Of a DNA stretch of 64,000 nucleotides, positions 1-26,842 are shown one piece after another (positions within the stretch are counted from its first letter, which is position 1; every line of letters starts with the position of its first letter). Source of the stretch: the human T2T-CHM13v2.0 reference genome, Homo sapiens. Location: assembly GCF_009914755.1 (NCBI RefSeq), contig NC_060926.1; one strand, written 5' to 3'. The notes below the pieces were generated by a model. It searched no databases, had not been told where the DNA came from, and saw only the letters and a list, made by a program, of their open reading frames with translations. The position numbers and the translations under genes are program-made.

Positions 1-995
<995 letters not shown>

Positions 996-2505
996 GAATG
1001 CCAAATAGTAGATGCTCAGTAATCACAGGCATAATTCTGAAATAAAACCTGAGAATGAACTAAATATTAATAATATTACTGGCAATAAGGGCAAATCCCT
1101 TGGGTAAAGCTGAAGGTACTAGTATTACAGAATCTTTATCATCTGGTATGTGGAATTTAGCCACCCATGCACATAGGTACCATATTATATGTAACATTTA
1201 TATTGTATGTAACATCTGATTAACTGTGGTAACATCTAAATATGGGAGTATATTTTGTTGGAACCAATAAGCTTTTAAAACATATCATTTCATATCTATT
1301 ACATTTCTATTCTCTCTGCCCCACTGTGGAATAATTACCTAATGCTTAACAATTCTACTAGTCTATTTGCAGAGTAGTACTTAACAATTATAATTGAAAT
1401 TTTGAAAATGCAACAGATACCAAAAACTTTGTTTTACATTTTTCAAAAAGCAATTAATAAATTAACATTTACTGTTTACCATTAATTCAATACACTTCTG
1501 TTGATCACAGTAGATGTACTGTGTCATGCTGAGTATTCATTGAGAATCCAATGTTTCAGGTTCTGCAGAAGGAGCTTCAGACACTGACAAGCTTGTAGAC
1601 TTATCTACCAGGTGCCAGATACTGCTAGGCACCTTTGATAATATGGATACTCCTCTCACAATATCCCCACAAGGCAGATGATACTGTACTCATTTCACAG
1701 AAGAAACTGAAGAGGTTAAATTACTTGCCCAAATTCAGTATGTCATGAAGCCAGAATGCAATCCCAAGCCTGTCTAATTCTTAAGCCCATGAACTTCCCA
1801 TGGGCTTTATCTGCCTCTTCCTCTCTTAAATGGAGATAATGCGTCACAGGTTCCTACAAACAGCAGGAGAACTTACTGTTAGGACATTTGTCCAGGAGAA
1901 GAAAAACAAGCCAGAGATGACTCCCAACACACTGGACAGCATCAATCACATACATAAATTAGGGAGTGCTAATTGTTTCTTATCTCTTGGTATAACTCTC
2001 TGAAAGGAAGAAAAGGGTAACCAGCATCTCCCCAGGTACATGACTGGCGCCTGTTTCAGGCAAGTGCAACTGAAGTCAGCATCCAACAAACACCCCTTTC
2101 TACTCTTCACAGGGGATGAAATGTAGTGACAGGCAATTTTGGCAAATTTGCAGTCATCATGTATTTTGAATACTGTTAGTTATGTATGGTTTTTAGAATG
2201 TTCATATGATTTTCCTGCTCATTAAAAATTAATGCAGAACTGGCATTGTTCCCTTTGTAGAAACCAAGAAAATATATTGGGTAAATAGTAGGCATAAGGC
2301 AAAGAACACTGCTTCAATTTAATATAATTCAGTTGCCATTTGGAGTAATTGCCAAACGTACTTTAGACAATGTAGAAAATATACTCACACTAAGACAGAA
2401 AAAAGTAGAAATGCTAGAACAAAAGCAGGAAATCCTGCTTTTACAAACGGTCAGTAAGACTCAGAAAAAGTCACAGCCATTATAAGTGAAAAGTCGCTTA
2501 ATTAA

Positions 2506-3076
<571 letters not shown>

Positions 3077-3109
3077 TAAGAAGCACAGTTACAGAAAGAA
3101 TTACAATTA

Positions 3110-3830
<721 letters not shown>

Positions 3831-3962
3831 TAATTACAATTATCATTTAGTCCAAAACCCTCAATTTTCAAGGTGGGAAAACTAAGAAACTTGTAAAAGA
3901 TCACAAGTTAGTAGCAAAGGTCCCAGAAACTACATCTCTGATGTACATGTCCAGTGCTCTGG

Positions 3963-4902
<940 letters not shown>

Positions 4903-5879
4903 TCACCTGGGATATTTACTAACTGTACATTATGAATAGAACCTAAATAAATGTTCTTGGCTTGAGACCCTTCCACACAGCTACTAGTTTTTTCTTAAAG
5001 CACTCATTAATGCCCCTTTCCTGCTTAGAAAATCTTCCACTGATTACAAGTTAAAGTCCAAACTTCTTAGTATGAAATACGGCCCTCTTCAGTATCTCAC
5101 TGTATCACATACTCCAGGTACTTTCCATTTCCATATGTCCTAAGTATACCAATCTTTTTTGAAACAGTAACTTTTGTTCTCTCCTCTACTCCTTCATAAA
5201 GAGGTGCTCCCTTTGTCATGGTCATCACACTTTCTTCTCCTTCTTTGATTCCCAATTCAAATGTCATCTTGTCTTTGAAAGACTTCTATCCTCCCAGGTA
5301 GTTAGTCACTATCTCCTATGTGTGTCCATACACTTGTTTACACCACAATAACCTCATTTATCACACTATTTTAATTTCATGATTGCCTGTTTCACATGTC
5401 CTGGGGAGAGACCATTTTTATTTACCTCCATATGCCTGGTTTCTAAACCAGATCTTCCAAAGAAAACACTCGATAAACATTTGCTGAACAAATGAATTGG
5501 GTAAATAATATGGTTGAGATACCAAAAAAGATGTGAATAAAGCAAGCACGGAGAGGCAACGATGAACTGAATATACAGAAAGGAAACCAGCAGGAAGCAG
5601 AACAGGCTCCAACCTACTTCCATTAAACCCTGCAGAAATCAGAGTTGTGCAACATGGCTCTCCTGTAACTTGGCTTTTCTTTTTTTTTTTTTGAGTATAC
5701 TTTTAAAGAAAGGTTTATTTCCCATTGACTTCTGAAGGTTTTTTATCGAGAGTGAGGAAGGCGGCTCAGGTTTTTTAATTACTTCATGATTCAATATTTT
5801 GAATCATTTTGATTAAATAAATTTGACGAATGGTCTGACATTCAAAAGCACAATCATCAATCATCATGTTCCTGCAGGC

Positions 5880-5928
5880 GTGTGTGTCTATATGTATGTG
5901 TGTGTGTGTGTGTGTGTGTATACACAAA

Positions 5929-5977
<49 letters not shown>
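5880..5977. repeat. Compound (TG)n/(TA)n microsatellite
   Basis: Direct dinucleotide runs at the tail end of minus-strand Alus (5980-6412). Confidence 0.95.
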
Positions 5978-5979
<2 letters not shown>

Positions 5980-5980
5980 A

Positions 5981-6193
<213 letters not shown>

Positions 6194-6574
6194 TGAACTC
6201 CTGACCTTGTGATCTGCCTACCTCAGCCTCCCAGAGTGCTGGGATTACAGGCGTGAGCCACCACGCCTGGCTTTTTTTTTTTTTTTTTTTTCTAGAGACA
6301 TGGTCTTGCTACATTACCCAGGCTAGACTCAAACTCCTGATCTCAAGAGATCCTCCTGCTGCCTCAGCCTCTCGAATAGCTAGGACTACAAGTGTGCACC
6401 ACTATGCCCAGCTTCCTGCAGGTATATTTTATAAAACTTTCTCTAGTGTCTCTGCCACTCCCAGCATGTGCTAGGTACACACAGCCAACTTCCAAACTAT
6501 ACTTGCTGATCAGTTGAGAAAAGTGTTCCTGTCTCATTTAGTTCCCAAGGAGATCAAGGTCAGTTCTCTATGAA

Positions 6575-7173
6575 TGTAAACCAAAAATAAAATTCTAAGG
6601 CCCCCCAACCTTCTGAATGGACTTCCTTCTCATCCAGGGCACTGTTAAAATTTAACCTGAGGCTGGTTCAGGCCGTGATGGGAAGTGGGGTTCAGACATA
6701 CTCATTAAACCCTCACTGGCCTTAACATCAACACAGACTTAGTCTGATAAGAAGCATTTACATCTATCCTCTCAGAAGCCTGCCACCCAGAGGCTTCATC
6801 TGCATGATAAAACTTTAGTGTTTATAACCTCTTATCAACATAACCCAGTCTTTTCCTTTCTATTGATCCCAGGTCTTTAGATAAACTCAAGCTATTGTCA
6901 ACCAGAAAATTTTTAAATCTACCTATAAACTGGAATCCCACCCTCCCCTTCGAGTTGTCCCACCTTTCTGGATGGAACCAATGTATTTCTTAAATGTATT
7001 TGATTGAAGTCTCTTGTCTCCCTAAAATGTATAAAACCAAGCTGCACCCTGACCACCTTGGGCACATGTTCTCAGGACCTCCTGAAGGCTGTGTCATGGG
7101 CCATGGTCACTCATATTTGGCTCAGAATAAATCTCTTCATATATTTTAGAGAGTTTGGTTCTTTTCATCGACA
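6575..7173 (+). mobile_element. Solo ERV1 LTR, MER4 family
   Basis: TG...CA ends (TGTAAACCAAAAATAAAATTCTAAG ... TTTTCATCGACA), internal TATAAAA and AATAAA, flanks TGAA/TGAG. Confidence 0.85.
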
Positions 7174-7332
7174 TGAGAAGAGCTGGAGCAAAATTACCTG
7201 CTACTTTATAGTTTCTGCAGTAAGATGAAATTTACAGAATACATATATTCTCCACCTATGCATTCATTCATTCTTTCATTCTACCATTCATTTATTCATC
7301 AAACATGAATGGTCATTATAATAAAGGGACTT

Positions 7333-11737
<4,405 letters not shown>

Positions 11738-13208
11738 CTAACAACAATGCAAGGAACCATAACAATAGATACAAAAATAAGTACAATGTTAATGCCTAGC
11801 TGATACAAATGTCAATTAGCATAAGATCCTTAAAACAACCTGAAAAATTAAACATTAAAAAATATATATATAATAGAAAGTGAAAGTCCATTACCAAGAA
11901 AACAATCATTAGCAGTTTTGAATAGATTGTTCCAGATATTTCCTATTTATACACTAGCAAATACCACTTTTACACAAATGAAGTCATACTTCATTGTTCT
12001 GCTTTTTTCATGTTACCAATTTTTCACAGTGAATAAGTAATCTTCTATTTTTCCAGACCACACTAGTTACTCTGCTTTTGCTTGTACTGTAACCACTGCC
12101 TAGAATGTTTCCCTTCATGTTCATTTTAACAAATGTTACAATTAATGCTACAATAAACATTCTTCATACATGTGTGTAAATATAGGTCTGTGGACAGATA
12201 TGTGCTTCCAAAGATAAATTCTAGAAGTGGAAGTAGCAGGTTACAGAGCATGAACATTCTAATTTTAATAGATAATACCAAACAGCCTAAATTGGACTTT
12301 ACCTATAAAGTCTCTCAATACAGGCTGATAGCATAATACCAGTAAGATGCGGTTTAGAGACACAACCCTCTAACTCTGACTTAATTCAAAAGACATTTTA
12401 GAGTACCTATACCAGTAATATACTCCATTTCCTCTAAGCAATTTTCCACAAACATTATTTCCCTTAACTAAGCTTTCCTCTCCAAATAAATGTAATTTAT
12501 AAGCACATGCTCCACAAAAATCTCAAACATGAAAAACTTACTAAGCAGACTCCACAGACAGGGGAGGAGGGGTGAACCTGAAGACCCAGTCCTGATTACC
12601 ACAGTTAACAGTTTGGTATTTGTTTTTCCAGATTTATTTTATGCATATATAAACAAACATGTTATTTTTCAAACCCAAATAAAATTATGCTAGCCAATTA
12701 ATATTCTATTATTTTCATTACACATATTACAGATATCCTTCCATAGCAATATATAATACATCAATCATATCCTTTTAAATAGGTGTACAGCATTTTATTA
12801 TATGGATATACCAGAAATTAAGCTATCTTCCACTGGTGGACATTAAGACGGTTTCCAGTTTTTTGCCTAACAAACCATACTACTTTGAACATCCTCATCC
12901 TCATATATATACTGAGTATTTAGGTAGGACAATACTTCTAGAAGTAGAATTAATGGGTATCAAGTTGCTTTCCAAAATTTATTAATAGTACCATTTTATA
13001 TTCCCATTGGTGTGTAAACATACTTGTTTCTGTATAATCTTGCCAATATTTGGTATGAACAATTATTTTATTTATTGCCAACCTGAGAGGCAAATTTTTT
13101 CTAAATTTTCATTTCTCTGATCATTAGGGAACTCCGCATTTTTCATATATCTATCATGTATATTTCTCCTATGAATTGCCTATTCATTTATTTTGCCCAT
13201 TTTCTATA

Positions 13209-13827
<619 letters not shown>

Positions 13828-14749
13828 TTCTATAGGATCTTTATATGTGAGAGCTCAGATTTCCCCCATTTCAGCCTTTTTTCCCCTATGTTTTTATTTT
13901 TACTGTACAAATAATTTAAAAGCAAAGGCTTCAAATAATGTACAATTATGAAGAGCAAAACATGACAGTCATTCTTTATTACCTCACTCACAGTACGATC
14001 TCCAAGATAACCATATCAGCCACTGAAGTACATTCTCACAGCCTATTTTTACATATTATATAAACGTATATATACCCATATGTATTTTACATTGTCTAAA
14101 CCTTCTTCTAAGATAATACCCATCAGAAATACCACATTCAATTCTACATAATATTCAACAGGATGGATAGATCAAAATTTATTTTTTAATAGACACATAA
14201 TACATTAATACTCTCACTGTAAAAACTTAAAACATACAAATAAAGCCAATTCTTTTGACCATCCTTCCCCATCAGTCTCTGAAAATACCCAGTGCTGTTA
14301 ACAACATGACCTGTATCCATGGATCTTTTTCTATGCATTACAATAATAGATATTATATTAATAGTAAGCTTTTACCTGTAACATATGCTATAAATGCTTT
14401 TAATCTAGCTTGTTTGTCTTTTAATTTTAGGGCATCTTTCATTATACCAATTTAAATTTGTTGGTCTTTCTTTTATGACTAGTGAGTGTCTTGTCATACA
14501 AAGAAAGGCCTGTCTCATACCAGGTCTTATACCAGAAAATTGTCCTATATTTTATTCTAGTACCTCTATGATTTAAGGGTTTTATGTATATATTTGATCT
14601 ACGTGGATTTTATTTTGGAGTGAAGAAATGGATATGAGTCCAAATTGTTTGCGCTACCCTTCTACCACCACCACTTGCGATGTCTAGCAGTGTCTACCCT
14701 TCTTATCTCTATGACCTCTAAGACTGTATCCCAGCCCACAAAGATGGAA

Positions 14750-15370
14750 AGGCAGAAGGCTACGTAGAGTATAGCACAGAAAGGAGGGTGGGGGATTAAC
14801 TGTAGAGAGGAAAAACTTGACAAACACTACTTTAGCCAGCTGGTCAAGGTCAACATCAACAGTCATAAAGCATGCAGACAGTATGTGCTCTTGATAAGAT
14901 GAAAGTATCATTTTGCCTTTGTCATCTTCCTCCTAAAAATTCACTAACTTAGTCCAAGCATGACAAATCATCAAATTCCAATATACTTACAATATATTTC
15001 TATATCTCCTACAATATCTGTCCAGTAACCTCTCAACACTGTCAAAGTCATCAAAAACAAGGAAAGTCTAAGGAACTGTCACAACTAAGAGGAGCCTAAG
15101 GAGTCATGACAGCTAAATGTAATGTGGTGACCTGGAACAGAACAAGGATATTAAATAAAAACTAAGGAAACTGAAATAATGCATAGACTTCAGTTAATCA
15201 TAATACAATCAGTATTGTTCATTATTCCTAACATATGTACCATACTGATATAAGATATTAATAATAGTGGAAACTATGTGTGGGGTACATGAAGGGATAT
15301 ATGGGAACTCTGTTCTATTTGCTCCATTTTTCTGTAAATTTAAAACTGTTTAAAAAATAAGCCTATCAAT
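14750..15370 (+). mobile_element. Old L1 (L1MC/MD-like) 3' end
   Basis: TGACAAACACTAC..GGTCAAGGTCAACATCA and ATATGGGAACTCTG motifs typical of L1M 3' ends. Confidence 0.6.
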
Positions 15371-15446
15371 TTTATAAAAAGCAAATACCTCAGAAGTAGA
15401 AGAGTATAGGTAAATATGTGCCTCTAATTTTGACCACATTCATTAA

Positions 15447-17765
<2,319 letters not shown>

Positions 17766-18256
17766 TATGCAATGAGAATTTTTTTAAAGCAAACTCCAAA
17801 ATCTAACAGGGAAAAAAATTACCAGGAAAAAATAAAATAGAGATATTGTAACATGGAATTTGTTACACTAAAACCAATAGCATACCCAGAAAACATCCTT
17901 CACTCACAACACCACCTAACCAAAGCAAGGTCTCACTTCCCCCAAATATTTCAAACCACAAATTTACAAATTCTTTTCATCAACCTGAATTATTTAATTT
18001 GAGTGGTCATAGACTTTTTTATTTTAATCTGATAAAACCTATGGTTGTTCTCCCTGGAAAAACACAAATGTACAAAATATGGCACATAATTCTGAAGGTT
18101 TCACACATCCAAAGCCAACTGTAGACTTTCAGACAGTTCATGTGTTCCATAGCTTAAATGTTTAATGATAACATACACAAACCCTCATTCTTAAAAAAAG
18201 ATAATGAAGTGGGAAAGACCCTTCCAATTATGTAATCCACTCATTCCCAAACTATT

Positions 18257-18303
18257 TTTTTAAAGGAATAAAAGAATGGCTACTCCATAGGCCGAGCAGC
18301 AGC
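18257..18303 (-). mobile_element. ~42-nt retroposed short RNA plus oligo-A with a 17-bp TSD (MER41-LTR-like sequence)
   Basis: Perfect direct repeat CTCATTCCCAAACTATT at 18240-18256 and 18304-18320. Minus-strand insert GCTGCTGCTCGGCCTATGGAGTAGCCATTCTTTTATTCCTTT+AAAAA. Confidence 0.75.
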
Positions 18304-18967
18304 CTCATTCCCAAACTATTCTAACCATCACCCACCTAAGTAAGACAAGAGATCCAGCCTACCTACCTCCTCCCATTTTCTAGTGCAAAAATAACTCCCT
18401 AATGAAGAATTGTAGCAATGTAACAAGTACACAAGAGCAAAACGGTCCACAAAAATTTAAATGTAACATTAATTCTACAATTGTATTAATCCAAAAATAA
18501 CAGCAACTGGAACCACAGCCAATTTGAGACAACACCACTGATGTAGTGAAAATATCTTCTGAGTGTGGGCATGCATAGTACTAATTTTCTAGTGCTGCCA
18601 AAGCATGGTATAGCTGACAGATTTCTTAGAAGAAAACTAAACTAGAGCCCTCGGTAAGTTCTAGAAACCAGCTAATTTTAGTTGTGAATACTAAATTTCA
18701 GTAATCCTTAGTAACTCAGATTATTGGTAGGTAGCCTATTCTAATACATAAATATCAGAGGTTATGGGAATGGAATAACAATAGCCCCTGAGAACTGAGG
18801 AGACGGCTTGTATTTCTGGTTCATGATCCATTAGGAAAAGCTTCTGATCTAGTGAGTGTCTTGGACCATACTGAGGAAGCATTAATCTAAGCCAATAATT
18901 TTCAACAATTTTTCCACTGTGATTCTGAGTAATGGCTCACCAATAGTATAAAATTAACCTCCTAAAC

Positions 18968-19648
18968 TGGAACCCACATACATTGCTGGTGGGAATATAA
19001 AATAGATCAACTGCTTTGGAAAACAATTCAGAATTTCCTCAAAATGTTAAACATAGGTTACCAAGTTAAGTCAGCAATTCCACCCCTCAGTATGAACCCA
19101 AGATAAATAAAAACATGTCCCAAAACCTGTACACAAATGCTCACAGCAGCATTATTCACAATAGCCAAAAAGTAGAAGCAACCGAGTGGAAGCAAATGTC
19201 CATCAACTACAGATGGATGAATGAATAAACAATAAACAAAATGTGGTATATCCATATAATCCATAAAATATTATTTGGCCATAAAAAGGAATGAAGTACT
19301 GATCTATGCTATAACATTGATGAATCTTGAAAACACTATGGTAAGTAAAAGAAGTGAGTCACAAAAGACCATATATTGTATAATTCCATTTATATGAAAT
19401 GTCTAGGATAGGCAATTTCATAGACACAGAAAGTAGACTAGTGGCTACCTAGAGCTAGCGGTGTTGAGGGAGATGGAAAGTGACTGCCATTGGGTATAGG
19501 AGGTTCTTTTAAGAACGACGAAAATGTTCTAAAATTAGATAGTGATACTGGTTGCACAAGTCTGTGAATATACTAAAAAACACTGAACTGTAAACTTTAA
19601 AAGGGTGAATTTTACAATATGTATCTCAATAAAGCTGTTTTTAAAAAA
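18968..19648 (+). mobile_element. L1MB-type 3' end
   Basis: CATTGCTGGTGGGAAT.., GCAGCATTATTCACAATAGCCAAAAAG, ends TATCTCAATAAAGCTGTT. Confidence 0.8.
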
Positions 19649-20136
19649 TCTATTCACGTGACATACAAGGTGTTTTAGGCTCTATCTTCCGCCTACCCTA
19701 CCAGGTATTTCAACCTCCCCACCTCCACCTCCACTTGATCTTATTCCCATGCCTCCTCTCTTTGCACCTGTGGAACTACCTGCCTTCTGAGTGACACTTC
19801 TACTAATAATAGCTTCCTTTGCCACAGTCCCATTTTGTCTTGTATTATCTCATTAAACTACATACCAGCTAGTATTGTTACTTTTGTTTTCACGCCTGCC
19901 CCGCTTCTATTAGACTGTGAGCTCCTGAATGGCTCTTTAACTTCATATACCTAGTGCCCAGCAGTCACTCACATGGTAGGCACTAAAATATTCTTTAATA
20001 AGCACAGGTTAGCATTCTTTCAACTGCACAGAAGACAAACCCAGCAACTTGAGTTTGAATCCCAGTGCAAGTACTTCCTAGCTTTGTGGACTTGCACATG
20101 ACATAGCTTCAATTTCCTAACCAAATAATGTGGATA

Positions 20137-20824
20137 CAGTAGACCCCCTTATCTGCAGTTTCACTTTCTGAAGTTTCAGTTACCTGTGGTCAACCATGGT
20201 CTCAAAATACAAAATGGATAATTCCAGAAATAAACAATTCATAAATTTTTAATTGTGCACCATCCTGAGTAGCATGGTAAAATCCTGCATTGCCCGCCTC
20301 TGTCCCAACCAGGATGAAAACCATCCCTTTGTCCAGGGTGTATCCACTGTGTCTATGCTGCCTGCCCATTAGTCACTTAGTAGCTGTCTCAGTTATCAGA
20401 CCGACTGTCACAGTATCACAGTGCTTGTGTTCAAGTAACCCTTATTTTACTTAATAATGACCCCAAAGTGCAAGAGTAGTGAGGCTGGCAATTCGGATAT
20501 GCCAAGGAGAAGCCACTTCCTTCAAGTGAAAAGGTGAAAGTTCTCAACTTAATATAGAAGGGAAAAAATTGTATGCTGAGGTTGCTAAGATCTACAGTAA
20601 GAACAAGTCTTATATCTGTGAAATTGTTAACAGTATATTGTTATAATTGTTCAATTTTATTATTATTAATCTCTTACTGTGCCTAATTTATAAATTAAAC
20701 TTTATCATAGGTATGTATATATAGGAAAAAACATAGTGTATATAGGTTTCTGTACCATCCATGGTTTCAAGCAACCACTAGGGGTTTTGGAATGTATTCC
20801 TTGCAGACAAGCAAAGTACTACTG
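20137..20824. mobile_element. MER44 (Tigger7-derived) DNA transposon inserted in a MIR
   Basis: Termini CAGTAG...CTACTG with TA TSDs (20135-36, 20825-26). Internal TTTCAGTTACCTGTGGTCAACC motif. Confidence 0.8.
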
Positions 20825-23800
20825 TAATCGTACCTAAATGCCAGGTTATTTTAAGGCTTAGATGTCATGTCTGGAAAACATCTGGCACATAGAAGGTGTC
20901 CATAAATTATGATTATTACAACAATTATTTCAACATTATTTTAATTATAATCACTAATCAACTTTTAGTTGTAATCACAATCACTAATCACTAATCTAAT
21001 TTGTTTTACTGAAACAAATTAGAGTTGTGCCAATTATTAATAAAAGGACATGTTTTTCTCACTTTAATCAATATTTGAGAAAAAAGTTATCATTTCTATC
21101 TAGAGGCTTAGGGTCCCAAATATACAAAGCATTAAGACCTAAAAGCCTCAAAGAGGATAACTTCTCTATACAAACTTAGTTCTTAATTCTAGTTCTGCAA
21201 TTTAGCAACCTCAGTTTAGATTTTTAAACACAAATTATAAGCTCAGATTTTTATAAATATTGAGTTTAGCCTTCAAAAAAATCAACCAATAAGCCAGGAG
21301 ACATAAAAGGACAGGAATAGCAAACTAATACTGAAGTGGTTAGTACTCAAATTCTATTGAAGATTTAAATCAAACCAATTTTTGAAGAATAGTCAACAAC
21401 TCTGAACAAGACAATTCACCCACACAAAGGGGGATAAAAATACCTAAGAATAGCTTGTGACTCAGCCTGCATTCCTATAAGGGGTCCCAGGGGGACTGAT
21501 AATATTTAGCCTATTGTCATCTGTCTCATATCAGAACTAAATATTACAGCAAAACTATTTACTTGACATGAATAAAAAGTACAGAGGGAAAGAAATTCAG
21601 ACAGATGCTTCACTTTCAAGTAAAACATCACCTCTTTGAAACAAAGACAACTTTTAAGTTTTGAAGCCATACAAGAAAACAAAAGAAAGAATAAGCAGAT
21701 TCTATATCATCTATATAACAAATATTTAAAACTTCCTTGAAAACAAACTTAAAAGGTAAATGGGGAAAAATCACAACACATGATAAGCAGTTGATATTTT
21801 TAATGTACATAGGGCTATTAAAATAGATAACGAAAACACTAAGACCTCAAATAAATAATCTACGAAAGAAGAAACAGAAGAAATAAAAGTAGTTAATAAA
21901 TGTTAACATCACTAATAATTAAGAAAACGAGGCTACCCACAGTGGCTCATGCCTGTAATCCCAGCACTTTGGGAGGCTGAGTGGGGGTGAATCGTCTGAA
22001 CTCAGGAGTTTGAGGCCAGCCTGGGAAACATGGTGTAAACCTGCCTCAATAAAAACTACAAAAAAATTAGTTGGTCCCAGCGGGAGGCTGAGGTGGGAGG
22101 ATGGCTTGAGCCCAGGAGAAGGAGGTTGCAGTGAGCTGAGATGGCAGTGAGCTGAGATCCCGCCACTGCACTCCAGCCTGGGCAACAGAGCCAGACCCTG
22201 TCTCAAAGACAAAACAAAACAAAACACTGGCCAATACCCAGGGCTAGCAAAGGTGAATTAAATAGGGTGCTTGCAGGTACAGCCCATGGGAATACGTATT
22301 GGTATCACTCTTCAGAAGGCACTGTGAAAACATATATCAAGAGTCCCACCAACATTCATATCCTATAAAGCAATAATTTCATTTCTGGGAATCTGTCATA
22401 AGGAAATAACAGTAAATGTGGGAAATGCTTTAATTACAAAGATATGGCAGCATTAGTAATCATTGAAAAAAACTAAAAATGAATGTCCAAAAATAAAGGA
22501 ATATACTAAGCCAAGTATCATGCTTCCACTTAAAATCAAATTCATATGATATGTGAATTAAATCTCAATAAAGCTATTTTGTGATCAAGTTCAGTTAGAC
22601 CACATAATAACATGGAAACTGCTTATGTTCTTACAATTTAAAACTTACATTTTGATATAAATGTGCATATTTATTATGAAAATTAAAACAGCAGCCATCA
22701 ATCATCAATATTTACTAAGTGCCAAGCCCTACACTACAAGTTGTTACATGTTATCATGGTTACCTCATTATCACTGATACCATCACCAGGCCCATCCTGG
22801 AAGGGTCTCAGGCCCAAGGCCATCACCAACTGTGGGGCTGGCCCAAGATAAACCACACTTTAAAGAAGGCTTCACTAAACATTTTCATAGGCCCCTTGAG
22901 AATGTTAAAAACAAATTTGGAAATTGAGCCCAGTGGGATTGTGGGTCTGTACTACCCTACTTTTCAGCCTTCTTATATAGATTATTCCGATGGTAAGATT
23001 AAAAATTAAGGGCAAAAGGCTAATTTCCTTTCCAGTCACGGTGTAAAACAAAGACCAAAATAAGAACTATGTTAGGTTAGTTTGAAATTTCTCACTGAAC
23101 CAAGTTAAAACAACAGGTAACATTAGGCACTTACACTAAGCAGAAGTCACTGTGCTAAGCACTTTATATTACATATAACAACACTAGGAACTAGCTAATA
23201 TTTCCCCATTTCACACATAAGGAAACAGAAGCTGAAGAGAATTAAAGTAACTTGCCCAAGATTATACAGTTATTTGGTGTCAGAGCTGGAAGCAGGTCTA
23301 ACTTCAGAGGCTGTACTCTTATCCTCTATGGTTATGATGAAAATAAATGAAATTTTTATTAAAATCACATATACTTTATCTAAAATGAATACGCATTCGT
23401 GAAGAAAATGATCTTAAAAATATGAAACAGTTAAATAAAACAAATGTTTACCGTCTGGTAATAGTCCCCTAATCCACTAAATGTCTGCCATAATCCACTG
23501 CTGAATAGCTCCACAAGTAAATAAATCATTTAATGTCCTGATGTATCTATGAAATTATATTTTAAGTGAACCTTTTGAAACAATACTATACATTCTGCAA
23601 ATGAAATATGCTGCCCTCTTGGAGCTGTGAAAATACATATTTCTTGATCTATTAACTGTCCTAATTCTGTTCAGTTTCCTCCCTTCCTCTCCCACTTCCT
23701 CTTTGCTCTCATATCCTTTAAGACCAGTTCAGTTCCTCCTCCTCAAGAATACCTATATTCACACTTTACCCAAGAGAACTCTAACATTAGTTTCTGCGCT

Positions 23801-23964
23801 CCACAGCTGTAGGATGTTACAAAATCCAAAAAATGAACTCAAGTAAAAAATACAGTATTTCTGATGTACCTTCAACTTTAGATCTATCCACTTACAGAAT
23901 TAATTATAAACATTCTTATTTTTCTACTTCACACTTGGAATCCTGTCTTTAAAATCAGCACACA

Positions 23965-26225
<2,261 letters not shown>

Positions 26226-26749
26226 AAAATCGGCACACAAGAAAGTCTGCCTTTCTTCAAAAACAGTTTTTTCACAAATTTTTTCCATAAATAAAAAAGG
26301 TACTAAAAAAACTTGAATCCAAAAAAAGAAAAAGAAAATGCACCGTTAGATGGTAATAAATATATCACATTTTTGGTAATGTAACTCGTTTATTCTGAAT
26401 CATTTCTGGAACTTGTTAATATAAATGTTTTACAAGTAAATACAATATGTAAAAATGCTACTTAATGGACTAATATGTACTTTCACTCATTCACTAAACA
26501 CATATTTTTTACTGAATGCCCATATAACTTTTTTTTTCTTTTTTTTGTTTGAGACGGAGTCTCACTCTGTCGCCTAGGCTGGAGTGCAGTGGTGCGATCT
26601 CGGTTCACTGCAACCTCCGCCTCCCGGGTTCAACGATTCTCCTGCCTCAGCCTCCTGAGTACCTGGGACTACAGGCGTACGCCACCATGCCAGGCTAATT
26701 TTTTGTATTTTTTAGTAGAGACAGGATTTCACCTTATTGGTCAGTCTCA

Positions 26750-26842
<93 letters not shown>

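Noticed and set aside
2421-2442. 10-bp perfect inverted repeat AAAAGCAGGA-AA-TCCTGCTTTT (similar 9-bp ones near 1783, 5786 and 30819)
   Set aside because: A few such palindromes are expected by chance in 64 kb of AT-rich DNA. The 30819-30840 one only approximates inverted TCF sites.
22128-22158. 16-nt tandem duplication inside an AluJ
   Set aside because: Ordinary replication-slippage mutation in a decayed Alu.
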